A stretch of 20,000 nucleotides of DNA. It comes from an uncultured virus (IMG/VR IMGVR_UViG_3300002026_000101) (taxonomy: Duplodnaviria > Heunggongvirae > Uroviricota > Caudoviricetes). The position numbers and the translations under genes are program-made. This document shows positions 8,640 to 16,159 of the stretch, piece after piece (the first letter of the stretch is position 1; each line of letters opens with the position of its first letter). The DNA lies in IMG/VR virus record IMGVR_UViG_3300002026_000101, one strand, 5' to 3'. The notes under the pieces are model-generated. The model saw only the letters and a program-made list of their open reading frames with translations. It ran no database searches and was not told where the DNA came from.

Positions 8640-8975
8640 CGGCAAAAAGTCCTTTTCAAAGACGATCCCGATCCGGGAGGCGGATACATACGGGGAGTTC
8701 AGGATGTACGATGTCTCCCGCACTACGAGGTGTGGAAAGAGGCGGTGCGCAAGTATCCCGAGTGGCGGGGTAAGGAGTATGAGGATGTTCCACGGGGGCG
8801 GGTCGTGCTGCGCGTCAAACCAAGCGACAACAAGTTCATCGTGTACATGCCGAGGGAGCTTAGGAGGCATGAGCCGAGGGTTCTGGCGATGCTGCGAATA
8901 CCGTCTGCGTTTGCTGGGTTTGACTATTCCGACCTGCACTACAAGTATTCGTCGGCAAAGGGGATCGGTGATTAG
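8601..8975 (+). pseudogene. Frameshifted conserved hypothetical protein (GIFW...YGEF...HYEVW...EYEDVPRGRV)
   Basis: One frame gives PGVGIFWMSFDGKK...EADTYGEFRMYDVS, and the sequence continues in another frame as HYEVWKEAV...EYEDVPRGRVV; shifts near 8606 and 8717. Confidence 0.6.
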
Positions 8976-8989
8976 GGTTGGTGTTTGTT

Positions 8990-9049
8990 GTAGAAAAGCT
9001 GGCGTTGTTGGTGATAGGGGAGTGTAGGCAATGGGGCCTGCAAAGAAGC
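8990..9049 (+). repeat. Intergenic regulatory cassette, copy 2
   Basis: 60-bp core identical to copy 1, followed by GGAGG and ATG 9063. Confidence 0.95.
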
Positions 9050-9062
9050 AGAGGAGGCGGTT

Positions 9063-9554
9063 ATGATGGTGGACAAACCAGTTAGTCAGATTTCGGCGGA
9101 TGCCTCGATTGAGGTCAAGTCGGCGTTTCGCGAAGAATGGGTGGCATACGCTACCCTGACGGGTATCGCACCCGTCGTGAAGGTTGTCACCTTCACGGAT
9201 GCGCCAGCAGTCGGGGATGTTGTCAAGGCGATTTCCGATAAGGCCAAAGAGATTCTGGGCTCGGTGGGGCACGTTGGTTGCGTCGCCGCTGATTGTTTTC
9301 CAGAGATCGGCGATGTGACGGTTGATCGCGTGATTCGCAAGACTGGAATCGGGGTGGTGGAGGCGACATACATTGCGGCGGAGCTGAATGCGGTGTACAA
9401 GGGGATGATCACCGGAGTGACGAAGATCGTGGTTGCCAACAATTCGGACTTCCCGAGCGAGTGGGTTTCGGAGGACGTCGTGGAGGCACGGGCAAAGGCG
9501 AATCGGTACGTAGGGAATGACGGGGCTGGCTACGGAATGAACACTGACGAGTAG
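9063..9554 (+). CDS. Hypothetical protein
   Basis: 163-aa ORF with GGAGG RBS, lying exactly between cassette copies 2 and 3. Confidence 0.75.
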   Translation: MMVDKPVSQISADASIEVKSAFREEWVAYATLTGIAPVVKVVTFTDAPAVGDVVKAISDKAKEILGSVGHVGCVAADCFPEIGDVTVDRVIRKTGIGVVEATYIAAELNAVYKGMITGVTKIVVANNSDFPSEWVSEDVVEARAKANRYVGNDGAGYGMNTDE

Positions 9555-9627
9555 AAAAGCTGGCGTTGTTGGTGATAGGGGAGTGTAGGCAATGGGGCCT
9601 GCAAAGAAACGGGAGGTTCGGATGAGG
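9549..9627 (+). repeat. Intergenic regulatory cassette, copy 3
   Basis: 79 bp with 1 mismatch to 6520-6598; includes the upstream TAG and the downstream ATG. Confidence 0.95.
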
Positions 9628-9984
9628 AAGGCGATATGGTTTTCGAGGCACGCGGTGACGGAGGCGCAGGTGGCAGACGCAGCCAGCATGGGTTGGGAGT
9701 TCGTCGGGGGAGAGGATGGGATTTGGCTTGGCGGATTTAACATCAACTCGATTGGCGATTTGACGTATGTGTTTGAGGCATTGAAGGGGCTTGTTCGCAA
9801 ACACGGGGCCGAGGGGGTGTTCGGGGTGTTTGCGGTACCGATGCAGGGGCTGATCTGTACGGCCCCGACGCTTGGCAAGGTTCCCTGCTTCGGGGCGTGG
9901 AACGTGATGCGATCAGTGGAGGGTGGGAAACCGACCTTTGAACACAAGCTGTTTGTCGAGGTTGGATGGCTTGCCGTGGCATAG
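9622..9984 (+). CDS. Hypothetical phage protein (IWFSRH motif)
   Basis: ATG 9622 after GGAGG; globular-looking 120-aa sequence. Confidence 0.75.
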   Translation: MRKAIWFSRHAVTEAQVADAASMGWEFVGGEDGIWLGGFNINSIGDLTYVFEALKGLVRKHGAEGVFGVFAVPMQGLICTAPTLGKVPCFGAWNVMRSVEGGKPTFEHKLFVEVGWLAVA

Positions 9985-10014
9985 GATGGATGTTATTTTG
10001 TTGGGAACGAGTAA

Positions 10015-10092
10015 GGCGGGATGAGGCTAATGGGATGCAGGGTACAGCGAAACCTAGTACTGATGTGGGTTCGACTCCCCCTCCCTCCTCCA
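10015..10092 (+). tRNA. Degenerate tRNA / tRNA pseudogene; anticodon not assignable (Cys-like features)
   Basis: Acceptor GGCGGGA/TCCCTCC (1 mismatch), discriminator T plus encoded CCA, T-arm GTGGG-TTCGACT-CCCCC; D and anticodon arms irregular. Confidence 0.6.
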
Positions 10093-10105
10093 GTTTTTTG
10101 ATCTT

Positions 10106-10410
10106 TGAAAACATATAAAATACAGGATGTGGGCTTTGAAGCAGCCATCATATAATGAGTGGGATCCCTCGCCCTTGTGACATTGTAGCTACTGAACAGT
10201 CTTTTATAGTAGGTATCGAAAGATTATACAGCCTCTATCGGTTCGGTAAAGAAAATGCGAATATGCTGTAAAGTCGAATTGCTGGGGCCAGACTGGCGTT
10301 GACTCCGTAAGAACCTTGGAATTGACCGAGGCAGGAGATTGATCATCCAGCTAGTTGGGTTTCAAAACTGTCCCTTTGGCGTAATAGCACACTTTATCCT
10401 GATGTTTTCA
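10106..10410 (+). ncRNA. Structured RNA containing a split mimic of the 23S rRNA GTPase-associated centre (H43/H44, L11-binding site)
   Basis: 10123-10160 CAGGATGTGGGCTTTGAAGCAGCCATCATATAATGAGT matches E. coli 23S ~1053-1090; 10379-10393 GCGTAATAGCACACT matches ~1091-1105; the ends form a perfect 9-bp inverted repeat TGAAAACAT/ATGTTTTCA. Confidence 0.8.
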
Positions 10411-10497
10411 GCGCGTAGTACCTAGCGGTAGGGATATGGGTTAGGGTTGATCACCTAGCTTGTAGGATGGCAGATTCAGAATCCCCTACTACGTGTC
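10411..10497 (+). ncRNA. tRNA-like cloverleaf with a non-canonical T-arm
   Basis: GCGCGTA/TACGTGT closing stem; CCT-AGCGGT-AGG D-like arm; GGGTTAGG/CCTAGCTT arm with GTTGATCA loop; GTAGG/CCTAC arm; no CCA. Confidence 0.45.
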
Positions 10498-10538
10498 TTT
10501 TCTTTTTGTTGTATAACCTTGATTGTTGTTGCTAAAGT

Positions 10539-10586
10539 AAAGCAAGTGGTTCGGCGTTCGCGCTGGGCTGCTTGCTTTTTCTTTTT
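10539..10586 (+). terminator. Rho-independent terminator closing the ncRNA cluster
   Basis: 18-bp stem AAAGCAAGTGGTTCGGCG / CGCTGGGCTGCTTGCTTT (five G:U pairs), TTCG loop, followed by TTCTTTTT. Confidence 0.8.
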
Positions 10587-10623
10587 GATAAACCTCTCCT
10601 TTTTGTTTGGAGGTGTGAAGAAC

Positions 10624-11025
10624 GTGTCTCGGGATAGGATAATCAGGCGGATAGACCAGTTTGTCGTGGGGGACAGGGTTGAGCTCCTTGCGGGTCAGGG
10701 CGGGGAGTACGAGGTGTCGGGGCTTGACGCGGTCAAGGGCGTTGTCAGGTTGGCCGACACCAAGGGGGATGTTCGTACTTGGTTCAGGGAACACTGGCGG
10801 GGGAAGTTCAGGCGGATAGTGGCCTACGCGGATGAGGGGGTATTGCCGAGCGGGAGATGGTGGATCGGGTTTTCCGATGATCGGCAGCGGTGGCAGGTCT
10901 GCGACGTCTTCTCCGATGATCGGGTCGTGGCGGAGTGCGGGGAGCAGTCGGATGCGGAGCTTGTCGTGCGGGGGCTGGGGGAGCTTGGGGATCTGTTTCC
11001 CGTCTGCGGGAGGCACGGGGAGTGA
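10624..11025 (+). CDS. Hypothetical protein
   Basis: GGAGGTG RBS then GTG 10624; the longer 10519 start would run through the terminator. Confidence 0.65.
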   Translation: MSRDRIIRRIDQFVVGDRVELLAGQGGEYEVSGLDAVKGVVRLADTKGDVRTWFREHWRGKFRRIVAYADEGVLPSGRWWIGFSDDRQRWQVCDVFSDDRVVAECGEQSDAELVVRGLGELGDLFPVCGRHGE

Positions 11026-11079
11026 TTGTTTTTATGATATTCCTGTCCATTGTAGGGGTGTCTTTATAAGGAATAAGAG

Positions 11080-11349
11080 ATGAAGGGTGTACGAAAGACA
11101 AAAAGCAAAGTGGTTCCTGTGGCTGATCCGTCTGTCGGGATTGCTGTTCCTGTGGTGCGGGGGGCGGAGATGTCGGAGCTTTTGCCTAGCGTCAGCGCGA
11201 CTGGGGACGTGCCTCGAACGCCTTCCCCCATTCCGTCGACTGGGTCATCTACGGGTACACAAGGTAGCTGGTCATGGGACGGGACTTATATGTACTGGTG
11301 TGTACAGACTGACAAGTGGGTTCGGTGGTTGCCGATTCGTGTGTTCTGA
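11080..11349 (+). CDS. Small fibre-associated protein with a C-terminal 'G.WS.DG.Y.YWCV...W.R' domain
   Basis: C-terminus resembles a short module common in phage fibre proteins; paralog of 16841-17137. Confidence 0.75.
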   Translation: MKGVRKTKSKVVPVADPSVGIAVPVVRGAEMSELLPSVSATGDVPRTPSPIPSTGSSTGTQGSWSWDGTYMYWCVQTDKWVRWLPIRVF

Positions 11350-11363
11350 TTTGGGGGTGTAGT

Positions 11364-14300
11364 ATGCTTGGTCGTATTCTTTGCAAGGCTGTGGTTGGTG
11401 TTCTTTTTATTTCCGTGTCGGCGTTTGCACGCATTGGCGGTCTGACTGATGTGGATACGGGGATGGAGGTCTGGGACGCGGATCAGCGGTATCTAAGACC
11501 GGGTTTCGAGGGTGACGTGAACATCACGGGGACGGTGTCCGTTGTCGGGGATGTTCGTGTGAATGGGGCCAGTGTGACAAACACGATGGGCAACGCCTTG
11601 CTGCGGACGGGCGGGGAGATGTCTGGGGTGCTGGTTGCGGGTCGGGTTCACTACCTGCCAGTGGGTACGGACATCGGGGCGTACATCGCAAGCACGAACG
11701 TGGTTGCGGGTGACGTTGTCAAGCTGGGGGCAGGGGAGTGGGCGATGGGGGCGACGCAGTTGGTGATTGGGAAAGCCATTACGTTGTCTGGGCAGGGTGC
11801 TGGGTCGACTGTGCTTTCGTGGAATGGGCCTGTTGGCAGCTTTGCAGGGGCGGTGTTGGTGAGTGCTGCGGGTGTCGTCTTGGAGGGGCTAACGCTGAAC
11901 TGGGACGGGATTCTTGCATACAACGAGACGGTGGTTCGTGTGGACGCGGGAGTGTCGGCGAGGATCGACAGGGTGACGATCTTAGGGGAGAGCGGGAGCG
12001 GGTCGATTCGTGGCATTACGGCCTATGGGCCAAGTGGGAAGGTAGAGTTAAACGATAGCATTGTGGATGTCAATATGGGGGCGCAAGTCGGATCGGAGCG
12101 TGGTTCGGGGCTTCTTTTGCTAAGCACAAGCACGGGTGTTGTCCGCCGAAGCTCAATCCGAATCGGGACGGCTTCCTTGATGCAAGCCTGTGGGGTTGAG
12201 GGGCAAGGCTCTGGTTCTCTTTCCCTAGCCGATAGTCGTGTCGTGGCGTCTGGGGCGGGGTCATCTTATGGGGTGTTCCTGTTTACAAGCTGCACAATAG
12301 ACGGTGGTTATGTTTCGGGAGGAACCTATGACTTGTTAACATTTGGCACTGGGCCGTATGTCTATCCCGTATTGTCACCTTTAACGCTTGGTAATGGATC
12401 GGTATCTACGAACATCGTTCTGGATTACACCGTCCCGTCTGGTTCTGACGGGCAGTTGATCGCTGGGGCGGCTAGGTTTGCTGGGAACGTCGTTGCGACC
12501 AACGGCACCATAAAGGCTCGTTTCATCGAGGGGGGGGCGCAAACAACCCCGTCTGGGACTGTTGGGTTGACAATGACCGCTGGGGTCGATGCTGACAATT
12601 TCACGGCTGCTGGGCTGGTTCCCGTACACGCTACGGAGTCCGTTGGCCTTGTTGCTACGGGGGAGTATGGCGGGGTTGCCAAGGGGTCTTTGATTTCGAT
12701 CTATCCTGATGATCGGGTTGACTGGGACGGGCTTTCCATGACCAATATGTTCAACGTCGGGGCAACCGGGATCGTGGTTGGTGGGATTGACGTGCGGGCG
12801 GGAGACGGGACAAGCCTTACGAATCTTGCTGGGATTGTTGGATCGACTTCAACAGGGGCGTTGCAGCGGACTGGTGGGGCAACGCAGGTTATGTATGGAG
12901 ACTTACACTCAGGTACGAACATGTTTTATGGGCAACGGTTCGGAATCAATGCGGGAACGAATGCTTATATGACAGGCGGAATCGCTCCCCTTGGTCTGGC
13001 ACATGCTTTCGGGGGATCTGCGGGAGCGAATGCGACTGGAAACTACTGGCACGCTTTCGGGCTTGAAGCGGGGAGGTCTGCAACAGGAAACTACTGGACG
13101 GCTGTCGGGTATCGTGCGGGTCGATACGCTTCCGGTGCGAACTGGAATGCTTTAGGACAGCAGGCGGGGGAGGCCGCAAGTGGTACGGCGTGGTATGCGA
13201 TAGGAACTGGCGCGGGGCAATACTCGTCTGGCGATAACTGGCTTGCGATAGGAAGCGAGGCGGGGGCTGGTTCAACTGGCAACACTTGGTGTGCGATTGG
13301 TGGGTATGCTGTTGGTAAAGGGGCACAAGGGACAGACTGGAGCGCGATAGGCAGGGCTGCTGGGTTTGAGACGGTTGGAGATAGCTGGTCTGCGATCGGT
13401 GGGTATGCTGGGATGCGTGGGCTCCATACAAACAGCACGTCAATAGGAACATACGCTGGATATATGGCCCGTGGGAAAAATCGTTTATACATAGACGTGT
13501 ACACGAATAACCCAAGCTATGCTGCTGACGGGGCGACCAATGACACGATCTTCATTGACAGCAACGCCCATCTTTATCTTGGAGGCGGGGCTGGGCGGGC
13601 GCAGTACCCGTCTGCTGGCGGGACGCTTCGGGGGGCGTGGGAGGCGACTACGCTATCCGTCACAAATCTTTACACCAGAGGGCTTGTGAAGGGTAGTATT
13701 GTTGATCGTTCTTACGACATTACGATGCCTGCATGGCTGTCAACGACCAACACCTATACAACAGCCCCTGCTGTTTCCAAGCTGCTTGTTAGGGCGAATG
13801 GGACAACGGCCCCGTTCACAAAGACGGTGGAGGTTGACTGGTTTGCTGGGGACGGTGTGGCTGATCAGAACAGGCTTGGACGGTCTGTTTTCGGACTTGA
13901 AACGGTAGCGATGTCGGCATTGGCATCTGCTGGACAGAATGTTGTACAGGTCAATCAGGTGGGGCAGTTGTTTGATGGAGACCTTCTTCACATAACCGCT
14001 ACCGACGGGCTGGTGAATGAGTATGCGCGGGCGTCAGTTGTCATGGACACGCAGGCGTGGCAGATCAGCTACAAGGGGGAGCAGGCGGTTATCAACTGCC
14101 TTGCCGTCTATGATGGCAAGCTGTACGCAGGGCAGGGGAATGCGCAGGGGGCGGGGGATGTTCTGGTGTTTGACGGGGATAGGTGGCGGGTAAGCTATGA
14201 TGGGTCGGAGAACAGCATCTTGTCACTGGCCGTTCATAATGGGAAACTGTATGCTGGACAGGGCACGGGGACGGGGGATGGGGACGTGTTTGAGTTTGAT

Positions 14301-15119
14301 GGGGTAAGCTGGGTAAGGATTTATAACGGGACATCCTCGCAAATCTCTGCTCTCACCTCTTACACTGGAAACCTGTTCGCGGGGGAGGGTACTGCTAGTG
14401 GTTCTGCAACGGCTATTTTGATGGTATGGAATGGTATTTCGTGGGCGGTGTCTTATGTGTTTGCCGAGGCTTATGTAAATGCGCTTGCTGTTCATGGCGG
14501 GTTCTTATATGTGGGACGGGGTGGAAGCACAGCGGGAAGCGGGAAGATAGATTACTGGAACGGGGCTGCGTGGATCCCGAGCTTTAACGGGGCTGGGGTA
14601 TATGAGGTGATTGGCGGCATGGGCATCTTTGACAACACCGTGTTTGCTGGGCTGGGGAGTAGCGCGGGAGATGGGGTCGTTGTTTACCTAAGTGGCGGAT
14701 CATGGCTGACGGCATGGAGCGGGGCGGGGAGTCAGATCAATGCGCTGACCCCGTATGACGGAAAGCTGTACTTAGGGCAAGGCAATCTTGCTGCAAGTGC
14801 TGCTGTGTATTCATACCTGTCTGGGGTCACTACGCTTCGGTACTCCGATTCAGCACGGAGTCGGATCGGTGCGTTGGCTGAATACGACGGGGTACTGTAT
14901 GCGGGAACGTCCCTTACTGGCGATGTTCTGCGGCATACCCCGACGGGGCAGGTCATTCTTGACAGGCCGCTTGTCAACAGTTATTCATTCGGGGCTTTGG
15001 TTCATCGGGTGTACGAGGGCAACGGGTGGACGGGGTCAACGAACACGACGCTTAGGATCAAGACGGTGTCTGATGTAGGTGGGTACGGGGTTAAGGTTAT
15101 CTTCAAGGAGGTGGAGTGA
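11364..15119 (+). CDS. Large fibre/adhesin-like protein (~1251 aa) with a signal peptide, beta-helix-like region, YadA-head-like 16-aa repeats and C-terminal beta-propeller repeats
   Basis: MLGRILCKAVVGVLFISVSAFA signal-like N-terminus; GDVVKLGAGEW...IGKAITLSGQG pectin-lyase-fold start; W.AIG..AG....G.N repeats at ~13000-13470; LAVYDGKLYAGQG...FDG..W repeats at ~14060-14940. Confidence 0.85.
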   Translation: MLGRILCKAVVGVLFISVSAFARIGGLTDVDTGMEVWDADQRYLRPGFEGDVNITGTVSVVGDVRVNGASVTNTMGNALLRTGGEMSGVLVAGRVHYLPVGTDIGAYIASTNVVAGDVVKLGAGEWAMGATQLVIGKAITLSGQGAGSTVLSWNGPVGSFAGAVLVSAAGVVLEGLTLNWDGILAYNETVVRVDAGVSARIDRVTILGESGSGSIRGITAYGPSGKVELNDSIVDVNMGAQVGSERGSGLLLLSTSTGVVRRSSIRIGTASLMQACGVEGQGSGSLSLADSRVVASGAGSSYGVFLFTSCTIDGGYVSGGTYDLLTFGTGPYVYPVLSPLTLGNGSVSTNIVLDYTVPSGSDGQLIAGAARFAGNVVATNGTIKARFIEGGAQTTPSGTVGLTMTAGVDADNFTAAGLVPVHATESVGLVATGEYGGVAKGSLISIYPDDRVDWDGLSMTNMFNVGATGIVVGGIDVRAGDGTSLTNLAGIVGSTSTGALQRTGGATQVMYGDLHSGTNMFYGQRFGINAGTNAYMTGGIAPLGLAHAFGGSAGANATGNYWHAFGLEAGRSATGNYWTAVGYRAGRYASGANWNALGQQAGEAASGTAWYAIGTGAGQYSSGDNWLAIGSEAGAGSTGNTWCAIGGYAVGKGAQGTDWSAIGRAAGFETVGDSWSAIGGYAGMRGLHTNSTSIGTYAGYMARGKNRLYIDVYTNNPSYAADGATNDTIFIDSNAHLYLGGGAGRAQYPSAGGTLRGAWEATTLSVTNLYTRGLVKGSIVDRSYDITMPAWLSTTNTYTTAPAVSKLLVRANGTTAPFTKTVEVDWFAGDGVADQNRLGRSVFGLETVAMSALASAGQNVVQVNQVGQLFDGDLLHITATDGLVNEYARASVVMDTQAWQISYKGEQAVINCLAVYDGKLYAGQGNAQGAGDVLVFDGDRWRVSYDGSENSILSLAVHNGKLYAGQGTGTGDGDVFEFDGVSWVRIYNGTSSQISALTSYTGNLFAGEGTASGSATAILMVWNGISWAVSYVFAEAYVNALAVHGGFLYVGRGGSTAGSGKIDYWNGAAWIPSFNGAGVYEVIGGMGIFDNTVFAGLGSSAGDGVVVYLSGGSWLTAWSGAGSQINALTPYDGKLYLGQGNLAASAAVYSYLSGVTTLRYSDSARSRIGALAEYDGVLYAGTSLTGDVLRHTPTGQVILDRPLVNSYSFGALVHRVYEGNGWTGSTNTTLRIKTVSDVGGYGVKVIFKEVE

Positions 15120-15619
15120 TGAGGGCTGGGTTTATCTTTCTGGTCTTGTTCTACTTGGCGCAGGCCGTTATTGCTGGGGTGTACTACCTACAGGATCAGG
15201 ACGGAAACGTCAGGCGGTTCTCGGGTGACACGCCATATCCCGCAGGGGCAATCGTGGAAAGCGACGTCTCCGTTGACATGGACGAGCGGTTCTTGACGGT
15301 GACGAACGGGGTTGTCGTTGCGAAGTCCGTCGAGGAGATCGAGCAGATCAAGGTCGCGGACGGGGTGGAGATGCAAGCAGCTAAGTCTGTTGAGCTTAAA
15401 GCACGGGAGAATGAGTTCTATGAGTTGGGCAATCAACTGTTCGGGGATTACGGGAAGCGGGGGTTCGTAGAAATACGGGCAAAGGTTGAGCAGTTGCAGG
15501 CGACTGACCCCATGCTCGCCGTGACAATGTCGCTGCGTCTGCTTGCGATTGATGCGGAGGCGAGGCGGGAGGGTGGGGATAAGTGGTGGGATACGGCGAT
15601 AAGGCACGGTGTCCAGTGA
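15116..15619 (+). CDS. Hypothetical protein with a signal peptide; positioned like a fibre assembly chaperone
   Basis: GTGA overlap with the large fibre gene; hydrophobic N-terminus ending AVIA; VVVAKSVEEIEQ helix. Confidence 0.75.
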   Translation: MMRAGFIFLVLFYLAQAVIAGVYYLQDQDGNVRRFSGDTPYPAGAIVESDVSVDMDERFLTVTNGVVVAKSVEEIEQIKVADGVEMQAAKSVELKARENEFYELGNQLFGDYGKRGFVEIRAKVEQLQATDPMLAVTMSLRLLAIDAEARREGGDKWWDTAIRHGVQ

Positions 15620-15653
15620 GTCGGGTTATCTTTTTTTTATATTAAGCCCCGTA

Positions 15654-15664
15654 GGTATAATAGG
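15654..15664 (+). promoter_or_regulatory. Putative -10 promoter element GGTATAATAGG
   Basis: Same 11-mer as 4103-4113, after a T-tract and just before the GAGGAGG RBS of 15681. Confidence 0.6.
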
Positions 15665-15680
15665 TATGAGGAGGTTTTGA

Positions 15681-16115
15681 ATGAAAGTCTATGAATGTGT
15701 CAATCGGTTTTTCTGTGGCCCGCTGAAGCAGTGGATCCCCGTCGGTGCAATGTTCGCTCGATACGAGAACATCACGAAGATGGTTGTCAACCTTGAACCG
15801 AACAACATCAACTTCGTCCTCTGGTCTAGCGGGACGGAGTACACGGAGGCGAAGGACATCACTTGGCTGTACGTGATCGAGCCTCCGCCGCTGGGAACGA
15901 ACACGAAGTATTTGACGCTTGTATCATCTTTGGCGGAAGATCCGTTCGGCAACATCACGAGCGCATTGCCTGTGAATGGTGATTTGCAGATCGGGAGTGA
16001 TGGAAAGGCGTACCTGAAGGATGGTACAGATGGGTTGTTCTATCCGATTCGCGTCAACAACCTTGCTGGGGTTGTTGCGGTAGAGGTCGGGCAAGCAGGG
16101 GTTGTGACACCGTAA
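15681..16115 (+). CDS. Hypothetical protein
   Basis: 144-aa ORF with a strong RBS. Confidence 0.75.
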   Translation: MKVYECVNRFFCGPLKQWIPVGAMFARYENITKMVVNLEPNNINFVLWSSGTEYTEAKDITWLYVIEPPPLGTNTKYLTLVSSLAEDPFGNITSALPVNGDLQIGSDGKAYLKDGTDGLFYPIRVNNLAGVVAVEVGQAGVVTP

Positions 16116-16159
16116 TGTGATTTTTGAGTGTGGGTGGTAAAAAGTAAGCGGGGTGTAAG

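Noticed and set aside
6520..9627. CRISPR array or integron attC sites
   Set aside because: The repeats are 60-79 bp and separated by whole genes; there are no cas or integrase genes and no attC-type RYYYAAC/GTTRRRY ends.
8565..9947. 460-aa minus-strand ORF and other minus-strand ORFs
   Set aside because: They are antisense shadows of RBS-supported + strand genes; this one reads through two repeat cassettes and has no recognisable motifs.
10123..10393. Authentic 23S rRNA gene or rRNA operon fragment
   Set aside because: Similarity is limited to H43-H44; the flanks and insert are not rRNA, and the context is phage-like.
10445..10456. GGTTGATCACCT resembling the 16S rRNA 3' end
   Set aside because: Only about 8 nt match and the anti-SD CCTCC is absent; it is explained as a hairpin loop of the tRNA-like element.
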